64,000 bases of DNA from Flavobacteriales bacterium. Its GTDB lineage: Bacteria > Bacteroidota > Bacteroidia > NS11-12g > UBA9320. Under the pieces are notes generated by a model, which was given only the letters and a program-made list of their open reading frames with translations, was not told the origin of the DNA and did not search any database. This document shows positions 43,195-51,675 of the stretch, piece after piece. Position 1 is the stretch's first letter, and every line of letters starts with the position of its first letter. The stretch is from contig JACJZU010000003.1 of the NCBI GenBank assembly GCA_020635435.1, forward strand, positions 258,066-322,065, given 5' to 3'. Position numbers and translations under genes: made by a program.

Positions 43195-43256
43195 GATGTA
43201 ATAATGTGGTTGCGCAAATCTAACATCAACACCGACAATGCCCGGACATGTTCGAT

Positions 43257-44801
43257 TCATGACCGAAAACTACCGACCGACGGATCCCCTTCATCTTCCT
43301 CCAGACAGGTTTTCCAGAATTTCGGTTGAACCATCACGGTAGCTTCGCGTTCCACTCTAACTTGTCCGGTTTCGGCACCCTTGAATTTGCGAACGAATTT
43401 GCGGCGTGTATGTATAACTGCTGCCAGTTGTTCATTTCGGGCCTTACTGTACCATGCCGCAAGGGAAGCCGCGAATTCCAATATGTGTTCGGGTACATTT
43501 TGGGCTCGGTTCAATCGGATCACTACATGTGCCCCTGAAAGTTCACGAACGTGTAACCAGATATCTTCTTTTCGGGCCTCTCGCAGAATTTGCTCGTTTT
43601 GTTTGCTGTTACCACCTACCCGGATCTCATATCCCTGATATAGGATCGTGCGGTTCGAGGAGCTACCGCTTGCACTATCCTTTTTGGAATGGGTCGCATT
43701 GCGCAGCCTACTCAGAGCCCTATAGTCCGACGCCGATTCCAGCTCTTCCATTGAGCGCTTCAATTGTTCGATCTCAGTCCTGAGATTCTCTTTGCGACTC
43801 AGTAATTCGTTGATCTCCCTATGTTCTTGTTTGGCCTTTCGGTAAAGACGAGCTGCATTCTCCTGAATGCTCAGGCTCGATTTCAGACGTATCTGTACAG
43901 TCCTGTCATGGTAAAAATCATAACATTCCAACTCGTCTGTGGTATCTGTCCTGTGCACATTGGCCATCAAGATATCCGCTTTCTGTCTGTAACTCAAAGC
44001 GCCTTCTTTTTGCCTCAGGCTTTTTTGAAGGGAATCGAATTTGGCCTGTTTGCGCTCCAATTCTTTGGAGATATTCCTCGAAAGCTCCTGTTGCAGGTCG
44101 TTAAAGCGCTGCTGTCGCAAATAGCTTCGTGCGAATTCATCCAATTCGCTCAAAATGTCCGTAGGGTCTGAAGTCCATTCGATCTGTCCACTTCCCGGTT
44201 CAGATCTGGGGTAGAGCGCCAGCTCATTTTCAACAAATTGATTCCAAACCAATTCGCGGTCCTTCGAATGGAAGAATGTGCTCAACTTCAGCTTGTTCTT
44301 CTGTGATTCATTGAGAAACTTCAGTTTTTCAGATAGATCATCGGGGGCCAGATCATTTAAGAAATGCTCCGAGATCTCAATCGGTTTGATGCTGAATTCC
44401 TGATCCGCTTCAAATCGGGTAGTTGGGAAGATGCCGGCCAGAACTTGATCTTCAGTAAAAACAACTTTGCTATTCCTGCCAAAGTGAAGAAAATGCAGTT
44501 GAAAATTATCGGTAAATACGAAGCTGTAACTGCGGTCGTATCGATGAGGTTCAACACGCATGAGAACCGCCCCGTGCACAGGGCGGAACTGTGGCACTTT
44601 ATTGCCACCGGGTTGCTGAGAAGAGTCGGATAGAAGCCAGTAGGCACGACCACGATAGAAGACCAGATGCAGGACTATGGAATTGAACTCAAGCCACAGA
44701 TCATTCTTGGAGCTGGAGTAGATGCGGTTCAATGTCTGACCGCTTAAACGTTCATTCAGCGCTTTTGCAAGGATCTCCAGCCTGAATGCCTGTTCAAGCA
44801 T
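43257..44801 (-). CDS. NFACT-family (RqcH / FbpA-like) protein with DUF814/NFACT-R domain
   Basis: N-terminal NFACT-N-like region, central coiled coil, C-terminal DUF814 signature (VRELSGAHVVIRL...). 514 aa. Confidence 0.6.
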   Translation of the reverse strand: MLEQAFRLEILAKALNERLSGQTLNRIYSSSKNDLWLEFNSIVLHLVFYRGRAYWLLSDSSQQPGGNKVPQFRPVHGAVLMRVEPHRYDRSYSFVFTDNFQLHFLHFGRNSKVVFTEDQVLAGIFPTTRFEADQEFSIKPIEISEHFLNDLAPDDLSEKLKFLNESQKNKLKLSTFFHSKDRELVWNQFVENELALYPRSEPGSGQIEWTSDPTDILSELDEFARSYLRQQRFNDLQQELSRNISKELERKQAKFDSLQKSLRQKEGALSYRQKADILMANVHRTDTTDELECYDFYHDRTVQIRLKSSLSIQENAARLYRKAKQEHREINELLSRKENLRTEIEQLKRSMEELESASDYRALSRLRNATHSKKDSASGSSSNRTILYQGYEIRVGGNSKQNEQILREARKEDIWLHVRELSGAHVVIRLNRAQNVPEHILEFAASLAAWYSKARNEQLAAVIHTRRKFVRKFKGAETGQVRVEREATVMVQPKFWKTCLEEDEGDPSVGSFRS

Positions 44802-44803
44802 AC

Positions 44804-45565
44804 TCAGAAATCCCCGTAAACATCCGTCAGAGCCTCAAAACCAGTCTCGGTGATCAGGATGGTGTGTTCAAACTGTGCACTCAATTTGCCATCTATGGTC
44901 CTGGCTGTCCAACCGTCCGATTGATCCACTTTAGCCCGGGCTTTTCCTTGATTGATCATTGGCTCGATCGTGAATATCATGCCCGGCCGCATGCGTTTTC
45001 CGCTATTCTTGGGTGCAATATGGGCCACCTCAGGCTCTTCATGAAACTTCAGACCAACACCATGCCCGCAAAATTCGTAAACCACACTGTAGCCCTTATT
45101 GTGAGCGAATTCGGAAATGGCATAACCTATATTCCCAAATCGGTTGCCGGGGTAACATTCTTTCATACCGATGCGAAGGCACTCCTTTGTTACATCTATC
45201 AATTCCTTTGCTTCATCGGTAACCGTGCCGATCTCGTACATTTTGCATGTATCCCCGTAATATCCATTCAATACGGTTGTTACGTCTATGTTCAGGATGT
45301 CTCCGTCTTTCAGAACATACGGACCCGGTACACCATGACAGATCACATCATTCGGAGAGGTGCATATAGCCCCCTTGAAGCCGTTGTAGCCAAGAGTAGC
45401 CGATACAGCTCCATGCTCCTTCATAAACTCAAGGGCTTTATCATTTATAAATTGGGTTGTGTTGCCCGGAACAGCAAATTGTTCCAGGTATTTCAGGCAT
45501 TTACCTGCCAGTTGGGCACTTTTGCGGATCCCCTGAATTTCTTTTAGAGTCTTAATTTTTATGGC
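44804..45565 (-). CDS. map: Type I methionine aminopeptidase
   Basis: Start MAIKIKTLKEIQGIRKSAQLAG. Metal-ligand contexts AICTSPNDVICHGVP...DIGAH...E...E. Confidence 0.9.
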   Translation of the reverse strand, partial: AIKIKTLKEIQGIRKSAQLAGKCLKYLEQFAVPGNTTQFINDKALEFMKEHGAVSATLGYNGFKGAICTSPNDVICHGVPGPYVLKDGDILNIDVTTVLNGYYGDTCKMYEIGTVTDEAKELIDVTKECLRIGMKECYPGNRFGNIGYAISEFAHNKGYSVVYEFCGHGVGLKFHEEPEVAHIAPKNSGKRMRPGMIFTIEPMINQGKARAKVDQSDGWTARTIDGKLSAQFEHTILITETGFEALTDVYGDF

Positions 45566-45624
45566 CATAGTCCAACAAGGCGGCAAAGTTATGATAAATG
45601 TAGAAGGCCAATAGCCAAAGCTTC

Positions 45625-46404
45625 CTAACCTTGCTCGATTCGATACCTTTCGGCATCGTTCAGGGCAGAGAGGTAATTGCGAAAAGTGTCAATTCGCTCA
45701 GCTTGAAGTACCTCCGTAAACACGATTTCCGTTGCTTTGTGAAACTGCAGTAATTCGCCATCCGGTGCAAATACGGAACTATGTCCGGAATGGACGATGC
45801 CGTTTCCATCTGCGCCTACGCGATTCACTGCGAATACAAAGGCTTGATTCTCAATTGCCCGGGCAGGTAACAGGTGGTCCCAGTGATGAATTCTGCGGTC
45901 GGGCCAGTTCGCCACGAAGATGAGCAGGTCAAAGGGCGGTTTATCGTTGGCACACCATACTGGAAATCGAAGATCGTAGCACACCATAGGTCGTATACGC
46001 CATCCCCTGAATTCGATCTCCACCCGCTCAGTTCCCGGAGTGTATACTTTGTCTTCACCCGCGAGGGAGAACAAGTGTTTCTTATCGTAGGTGAAGTAAC
46101 TCGAATCGGGATTTACCCAATGGAATCGATTGAAGTAACCGCGCTCGGATCCCACAACGTAGGAACCGCAAATGGCTGCATTCCTTCTGGCGGCTTGTTC
46201 CTTCATCCATTCCAAGGTCCTGCCTTGTTGGGGTTCTGCGAGTTTTTTCGCTTCCATACTGAATCCCGAATTGAACATTTCGGGAAGTACGATCACATCT
46301 GTAGGTTCAGCTGTTTCCAGAACCTGAGCCAAGTGGCTCAGGTTGGCTTCCTTATTTTCCCAATAAATGGAGAATTGTATGCCGGTGACCCTCAGATCTT
46401 GCAT
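45625..46404 (-). CDS. Carbon-nitrogen hydrolase (nitrilase superfamily; omega-amidase-like)
   Basis: MQDLRVTGIQFSIYWENKEANL. The Glu-Lys-Cys triad contexts (EMFNSG...C..YDLRFP) are of the nitrilase-superfamily type. Confidence 0.8.
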   Translation of the reverse strand: MQDLRVTGIQFSIYWENKEANLSHLAQVLETAEPTDVIVLPEMFNSGFSMEAKKLAEPQQGRTLEWMKEQAARRNAAICGSYVVGSERGYFNRFHWVNPDSSYFTYDKKHLFSLAGEDKVYTPGTERVEIEFRGWRIRPMVCYDLRFPVWCANDKPPFDLLIFVANWPDRRIHHWDHLLPARAIENQAFVFAVNRVGADGNGIVHSGHSSVFAPDGELLQFHKATEIVFTEVLQAERIDTFRNYLSALNDAERYRIEQG

Positions 46405-47546
46405 AAGATCTCTGCAGCTTTAAGGAGGGTCTCATCGTCCTTGGCGAAACAGAATCGAAGAATGTGCTCATCTCTGCGACTGAGGTAGAAAACCGAAATG
46501 GGGATAGAGGCGATCTGGTATTTTACGGTTAATTCCTTCGCAAAATCAGTGTCTTTCATGTCACTGATCTTGTCGTATTTCAAAAGTTGGAAATAACTGC
46601 CCTTACAGGGAAGGACCTCGAATCGGGAGCTTTTGAGGGCATCAGCGAATAAGTCGCGCTTATGTTGATAGAAAGCTGCAAGCTCGTGGTATAGAGCTTT
46701 GTTATCAAGGATTCGGGCGTAGGCATATTGACTCGGAGTATGCGCACTAAAGGCCATGAACTGATATACTTTGCGGAATTCGCGCATCAATTTTTCCGGC
46801 CCTACCACATAGCCCAATTTCCATCCGGTCGTATGATATGTTTTGCCAAACGAGGATACGATCAAGCTCCGTTTTGCCAGCTCAGGGTATTTAGCCATGC
46901 TTTCATGAGGGAGTCCGTCGAACACGATATGTTCATAAACCTCGTCACTGAGGATGATGATGTCGTTCCCATCTACTATTCGGGCGAGTTGTTTGATGCC
47001 TTCGGCGTCCAGTAAGGTCCCGGTTGGGTTGTGCGGGCTATTGAGGATGATCATCCTTGTGCGGAAATTGATCACCTTCTTAAATTCATTCCAATCGATG
47101 CGAAAGTCTGGATAGCTCAATTCGATACGGATAGGGCGTCCGCCGTTCAATTCAATCGCAGGAACATAGCTGTCGTAAGCGGGTTCTATGATCACAACCT
47201 CATCACCTTCCCGAACTAGCGCTGTAATGGCGGCATAAATGCCCATAGTGCCTCCGGGTACCACAGTGATCTCCTTTTCAGCATCATAGGTCGCCCCGTA
47301 AAGTTCCCGTGTTTTCTCGGCGAGCTTTTCGCGTAATACCGGAACCCCGGCCATTGGTGCATATTGATTTTGACCGGCCAACATCGCTTCATGTACATAT
47401 TCGATCAATTCCGGTGGACACGGAAAATTGGGGAAGCCCTGACTTAGGTTGAGCGCATTATGCTGGTTGGCCAGCGCACTCATTGTCGTAAAGATCGAGG
47501 CGCCCTGCTTAGGCAATTTGGAAGATATCTCTAATGGGAAACGCAT
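46392..47546 (-). CDS. Class I/II pyridoxal-phosphate aminotransferase (methionine/glutamine aminotransferase, YbdL-like)
   Basis: NLSQGFPNFPCPPELIEYV... and the PLP-lysine context SFGKTYHTTGWKLGY. Probable start MRFPLEIS at 47546. The stop overlaps the start of the C-N hydrolase gene by 13 nt. Confidence 0.8.
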   Translation of the reverse strand: MRFPLEISSKLPKQGASIFTTMSALANQHNALNLSQGFPNFPCPPELIEYVHEAMLAGQNQYAPMAGVPVLREKLAEKTRELYGATYDAEKEITVVPGGTMGIYAAITALVREGDEVVIIEPAYDSYVPAIELNGGRPIRIELSYPDFRIDWNEFKKVINFRTRMIILNSPHNPTGTLLDAEGIKQLARIVDGNDIIILSDEVYEHIVFDGLPHESMAKYPELAKRSLIVSSFGKTYHTTGWKLGYVVGPEKLMREFRKVYQFMAFSAHTPSQYAYARILDNKALYHELAAFYQHKRDLFADALKSSRFEVLPCKGSYFQLLKYDKISDMKDTDFAKELTVKYQIASIPISVFYLSRRDEHILRFCFAKDDETLLKAAEILCKI

Positions 47547-47660
47547 GTGGTTGGTTCGGCAGTTCAAATAAAAAGATAGAAACGCGAAGAAAGAACTTGT
47601 TTCAGAACGTAGTTTTTTATTATTTATGCATTAATAATTTTTAAAAAATTTGTTCGTCAT

Positions 47661-48263
47661 ATGAAAAAGCTTCCAATCCTATTATTAAGTATTACCATTC
47701 TGCTGCTAGGTGCGCAATCTGCGTGCGACATGACCGAGGAGTGCTCAGGTGAGGAGTGTGCTAATGGTACCTGGAATCAGGACAATTGCGAGTGCACTTG
47801 TTCAGATGGTTGGGAGGGAACGAACTGCGATAAACGTGAACTGCCCAATGTGATCAGTTCCGAGATCGCCTACCAATCTACAAAACAATCATACTCCACC
47901 GACGATATGCATGTTCGTTTCGTACGGAATCCGGGAGGTTTGGATACAGTTATCATCGATAGTGAAGTTTCCCCGAACAATTGGCTATACGTTTTCCTCG
48001 CCGACCGCAACATCTCACGTATTGAGAACAAAACCTTTCCGGTGGTAGGTAATGTAACTGCCGGCACCGCCTGGGTACAGCATTACAACCAGTCGCAAAC
48101 CGAAGATCATTTCGTTCCGGATGCTTTGCAAAGCTCAGGCGAATTGATCATTGATGCCCTTGATTTTGAGCAACAATTCATTCGCATTCGATTCAATGCG
48201 AACTTGAAAACACCTCCCGAAACCGCTGTTTGCACGAGCGGAGTCATCAACTACGTTAAGTGA
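47661..48263 (+). CDS. Hypothetical lipoprotein with N-terminal EGF-like Cys-rich module
   Basis: Lipoprotein signal MKKLPILLLSITILLLGAQSAC. The module CDMTEECSGEECANGTWNQDNCECTCSDGWEGTNCDK has EGF-like Cys spacing. Confidence 0.5.
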   Translation: MKKLPILLLSITILLLGAQSACDMTEECSGEECANGTWNQDNCECTCSDGWEGTNCDKRELPNVISSEIAYQSTKQSYSTDDMHVRFVRNPGGLDTVIIDSEVSPNNWLYVFLADRNISRIENKTFPVVGNVTAGTAWVQHYNQSQTEDHFVPDALQSSGELIIDALDFEQQFIRIRFNANLKTPPETAVCTSGVINYVK

Positions 48264-48299
48264 GCAAATACCCTAATCCCGGTTTTGAGAGTGCGGGTA

Positions 48300-50120
48300 T
48301 TAATTGCTTTTAAGTCTTTCGAAACTTTCCTTCACAAAAGAAGTAAGCGCTTCGCCCTCGAGTAAATTCTGACCGAGTAGGGCCAGATTCAGCGATTGTC
48401 GCAATAATCCGGCTTGCTCATCCGCATTCTCCGTTTTCAAGAATTGCTGTGCAAGTGGATGATTTGTATTTACAGTAACCTTAAATCGCTCTTTCATTTC
48501 ACCGAACATGGTCATCCCACCAAAACGCTGCATCTCATGCATCCTTCGCTGCCATTCCGGACGGATCACATTTACAAATTGATCGTTGGCCGTTAAGTTG
48601 ACCGCTTCGAATTCATATTGCTCTTCGTTGGGGAATACATTCAAAAAAGCCTCTTTCAATTTTCCGATCTCATCCTCTGTAAGCGCACTTTTCTCCTCAG
48701 TTCCCTTATCGATGAGCTTGTCAATTGTATCCGCGTCTACACGTTTAAATTGCACTTTGTCCAACTTGCTTTCAAGTGTTTGAATGAAATGCTGATCGAT
48801 CATGTCCGGTAATACGAGCACGTCGTAGCCCTTACCCTTTGCAGAATCGATGTAACTGTGAAGTCGCTCTTTGTCGTGTGTGTACAATACGATCTTTCGG
48901 CCTTCCTTATCGGTTTGTTCCGTTTCGATGGCCTTGGTGTAATCGTCGATCAGGAAGTATTTGTCCTCGGTATTCTTCAGCAGGCAGAACTTCTCGGCGC
49001 GCTCGTAGAACTTCTCATCACTGATCATTCCGTATTTAACGAATATGCCTATGTCATTCCATTTCATTTCGAAGTCCTTTCTGTCCTTCTTGAACAGTTC
49101 TGCGAGCTTGTCGCTCACCTTCTTACTGATATGGCCTGTGATCTTCTTGACATTTGCATCGGATTGAAGTGCGCTGCGCGAAACGTTGAGCGGTATATCC
49201 GGTGAATCGATCACACCGTGCAGAAGCATGAGGTATTCCGGAACGATATCTTCTACATTGTCGGTAACGAATACCTGATTCGAATACAGTTGGATCTTGT
49301 TCCGATTTGGATCGATATCTCTTTTCAGTTTGGGGAAATACAGAATTCCAGTGAGGTTGAAAGGGTAATCCACATTGAGATGAATCCAGAACAACGGATC
49401 TTCCGCAAGCGGATAGAGTTCACGGTAAAAATCGAGGTAGTCCTCATCCTTCAGGTCAGAAGGCGCTTTTTTCCATGCAGGTTGTGTATTGTTGATCGTT
49501 TTGCCATCAAATTCGATCTCGATCGGGAGGAATTTGCAATACTTAGTGAGCAAATTACTGATCCGGTAGTTTTCAAGAAACTCTGCCGAATCTTCATTGA
49601 TGTGTAGAATGATGTCCGTGCCACGACTCTTTCGTTTTCCCTTCTTGATCTTGAAATCGGTAGTACCCTGACATTCCCATATGGCCGGCTCCGTTCCTTC
49701 TGCATAGCTCCTGGTGTGGATCTCAACCTTATCGGCTACCATGAAACTGGAGTAAAAACCGAGTCCGAAATGGCCTATGATGTTCGCACTTTCCTTGTCG
49801 TCCTTGAACTTCTCCACAAACTCCTCCGCACCTGAGAACGCGATCTGATTGATGTATTTGTCGATCTCTTCGGCAGTCATCCCGATGCCCCGGTCGCTCA
49901 CCGTAAGCGTTTTCTTATCCTTATCCAGTTTGATGGTGATCTTCAGATCTTTGAGATCGCCCACTTTTTCTCCCTTTGCAGCGAGCACCTTGAGTTTGTT
50001 GGTTGCATCTACAGCGTTCGAAACCAATTCCCGCAAGAAGATCTCGTGATCCGTGTACAGGAATTTCTTGATGATCGGGAAAATATTCTCCGTGTTGACT
50101 GATACTTTACCGGTTTGCAT
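48300..50120 (-). CDS. htpG: Molecular chaperone HtpG (Hsp90)
   Basis: N-terminal GHKL ATPase motif LYTDHEIFLRELVSNAVDA. 606 aa. Confidence 0.95.
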   Translation of the reverse strand: MQTGKVSVNTENIFPIIKKFLYTDHEIFLRELVSNAVDATNKLKVLAAKGEKVGDLKDLKITIKLDKDKKTLTVSDRGIGMTAEEIDKYINQIAFSGAEEFVEKFKDDKESANIIGHFGLGFYSSFMVADKVEIHTRSYAEGTEPAIWECQGTTDFKIKKGKRKSRGTDIILHINEDSAEFLENYRISNLLTKYCKFLPIEIEFDGKTINNTQPAWKKAPSDLKDEDYLDFYRELYPLAEDPLFWIHLNVDYPFNLTGILYFPKLKRDIDPNRNKIQLYSNQVFVTDNVEDIVPEYLMLLHGVIDSPDIPLNVSRSALQSDANVKKITGHISKKVSDKLAELFKKDRKDFEMKWNDIGIFVKYGMISDEKFYERAEKFCLLKNTEDKYFLIDDYTKAIETEQTDKEGRKIVLYTHDKERLHSYIDSAKGKGYDVLVLPDMIDQHFIQTLESKLDKVQFKRVDADTIDKLIDKGTEEKSALTEDEIGKLKEAFLNVFPNEEQYEFEAVNLTANDQFVNVIRPEWQRRMHEMQRFGGMTMFGEMKERFKVTVNTNHPLAQQFLKTENADEQAGLLRQSLNLALLGQNLLEGEALTSFVKESFERLKSN

Positions 50121-50323
50121 AATCTTTAAGTTTTAACGTGTAATTAGAATCCGCTCCCGATCTTCAAATAATCGACCATTCCGAAAAACACGGTATGGAC
50201 TGACTATCTGTCAGCGTTTCTGACAGAACCGTTTTTCAATGGTTTGTAGGACTATATCCGAAAAAACGGGCTATCGCGATATTCCAAAAATCACGAAGCG
50301 TTCCCGAAAAGAGAGAGGGAAAA

Positions 50324-51658
50324 CTACAACAATTCGTTGGCCAGATTGGCCAGTTCGCTTCGTTCACCTTTTTCCATGGTGATGTGACAGAACAAGGGGT
50401 GACTTTTTACCTTATCAATGATGTAGGACAACCCATTACTTTCGGCATCCAGGTAGGGCGTGTCGATCTGATTGATGTCACCTGTGAAAACGATCTTGGT
50501 GTTCTCTCCCGCCCGGGAAATGATGGTTTTCACTTCATGAGGTGTCAAATTTTGGGCTTCATCAACAATGAAAAATATGTTCGTCAGAGTTCTGCCCCGA
50601 ATAAAGGCAAGTGGTGCCACGGAGATCTTATCATTGGCTACCAGATCGTCGATGCGCTGATATTCTTTATCGCCTTGACTGAACTGACTTTTTATATAGC
50701 GAAGGTTGTCCCAAATGGGCTGCATGTAGGGGTCTACCTTGTCTTTCACGTCACCCGGCAAATAGCCCAGATCCTTGTTGGATAGCGGAACTATAGGACG
50801 CGTAACAAAGATCTGATGGAACATGGATCGCTGCTCCAAAGCACATGCTATGGCCAATAGGGTTTTTCCGGACCCGGCAATACCGCGAATAGTGATCAAC
50901 TTGATATCCGGATTCAAAAGTGCATCCATGGCAAAGGCCTGCTCGGAATTTCGGGGCTTGATGCGGTAGATGGCCTTCTTGTCGACCCTTTCGATCCGCT
51001 TTTCCTGATAGTTGAACTTCGCGAGAACCGATTTCTTGCCACTTTTGAGAATGAAGAATTGATTGTCGGCGTGGTTTTTCAGTTTGAGAGGGGCCGGATC
51101 CGCAAATCCATTTTCAAATAAAGCATCGATATAGGACGCATCAACATTTTCCAGGGTATCCTTACCGCTGAAAAGTTTGTCGAGATTCTTGATCTTTCCG
51201 GCCTCGTAATCTTCGGCATCTAAACCGAGCGATTTCGCTTTAACACGGAGGCAGATGTCCTTACTGACCAAAATGACCTTCTTGGTCCGGTGCTTCTTGC
51301 GCAACGAAAGCGCCGCAAGAATGATCTTATTGTCGTTTTTGCGATCGTCGAATTCCGAACGGATATTGGTGTCGAGATCGCTGTGCATGATCACCTTGAG
51401 CTTGCCTTTTCCCTTACCCAGAACCGGTGCCCAATCGCTGAGCATATGATTCCGGCTGGCCTCATTCAGCAATCTAATAAAGCTTCGCGCCTCGTAACTG
51501 ATCGTTGAATTCCCTTTCTTGAATCCATCCAGTTCCTCCAGTACCTGAATGGGTATGGCCACGTCGTTGTCTTCAAAATTGTTGACCGCTTCATGTTCAT
51601 GAAGGATGACTGAGGTGTCAAGAACGTATATCTTCTTCTGAGAGCTAGCTTTTGCCAT
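50324..51658 (-). CDS. PhoH-family ATPase with N-terminal PIN domain (YlaK-like)
   Basis: PIN-like N-terminus (KIYVLDTSVILHEHEAV...PIQVLEELD). PhoH P-loop GIAGSGKTLLAIACALEQ. Confidence 0.85.
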   Translation of the reverse strand: MAKASSQKKIYVLDTSVILHEHEAVNNFEDNDVAIPIQVLEELDGFKKGNSTISYEARSFIRLLNEASRNHMLSDWAPVLGKGKGKLKVIMHSDLDTNIRSEFDDRKNDNKIILAALSLRKKHRTKKVILVSKDICLRVKAKSLGLDAEDYEAGKIKNLDKLFSGKDTLENVDASYIDALFENGFADPAPLKLKNHADNQFFILKSGKKSVLAKFNYQEKRIERVDKKAIYRIKPRNSEQAFAMDALLNPDIKLITIRGIAGSGKTLLAIACALEQRSMFHQIFVTRPIVPLSNKDLGYLPGDVKDKVDPYMQPIWDNLRYIKSQFSQGDKEYQRIDDLVANDKISVAPLAFIRGRTLTNIFFIVDEAQNLTPHEVKTIISRAGENTKIVFTGDINQIDTPYLDAESNGLSYIIDKVKSHPLFCHITMEKGERSELANLANELL

Positions 51659-51675
51659 GGAATGCTTACTTGATA

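Noticed and set aside
44357-44653. Several 60-170-aa ORFs embedded antisense or out of frame inside large genes (for example 354..713, 4056..4436, 10135..10728, 16349..16885, 18234..18740, 26736..27215, 35071..35574, 44357..44653)
   Set aside because: They lie wholly within higher-confidence genes with clear homology on the other strand or frame. No independent support.
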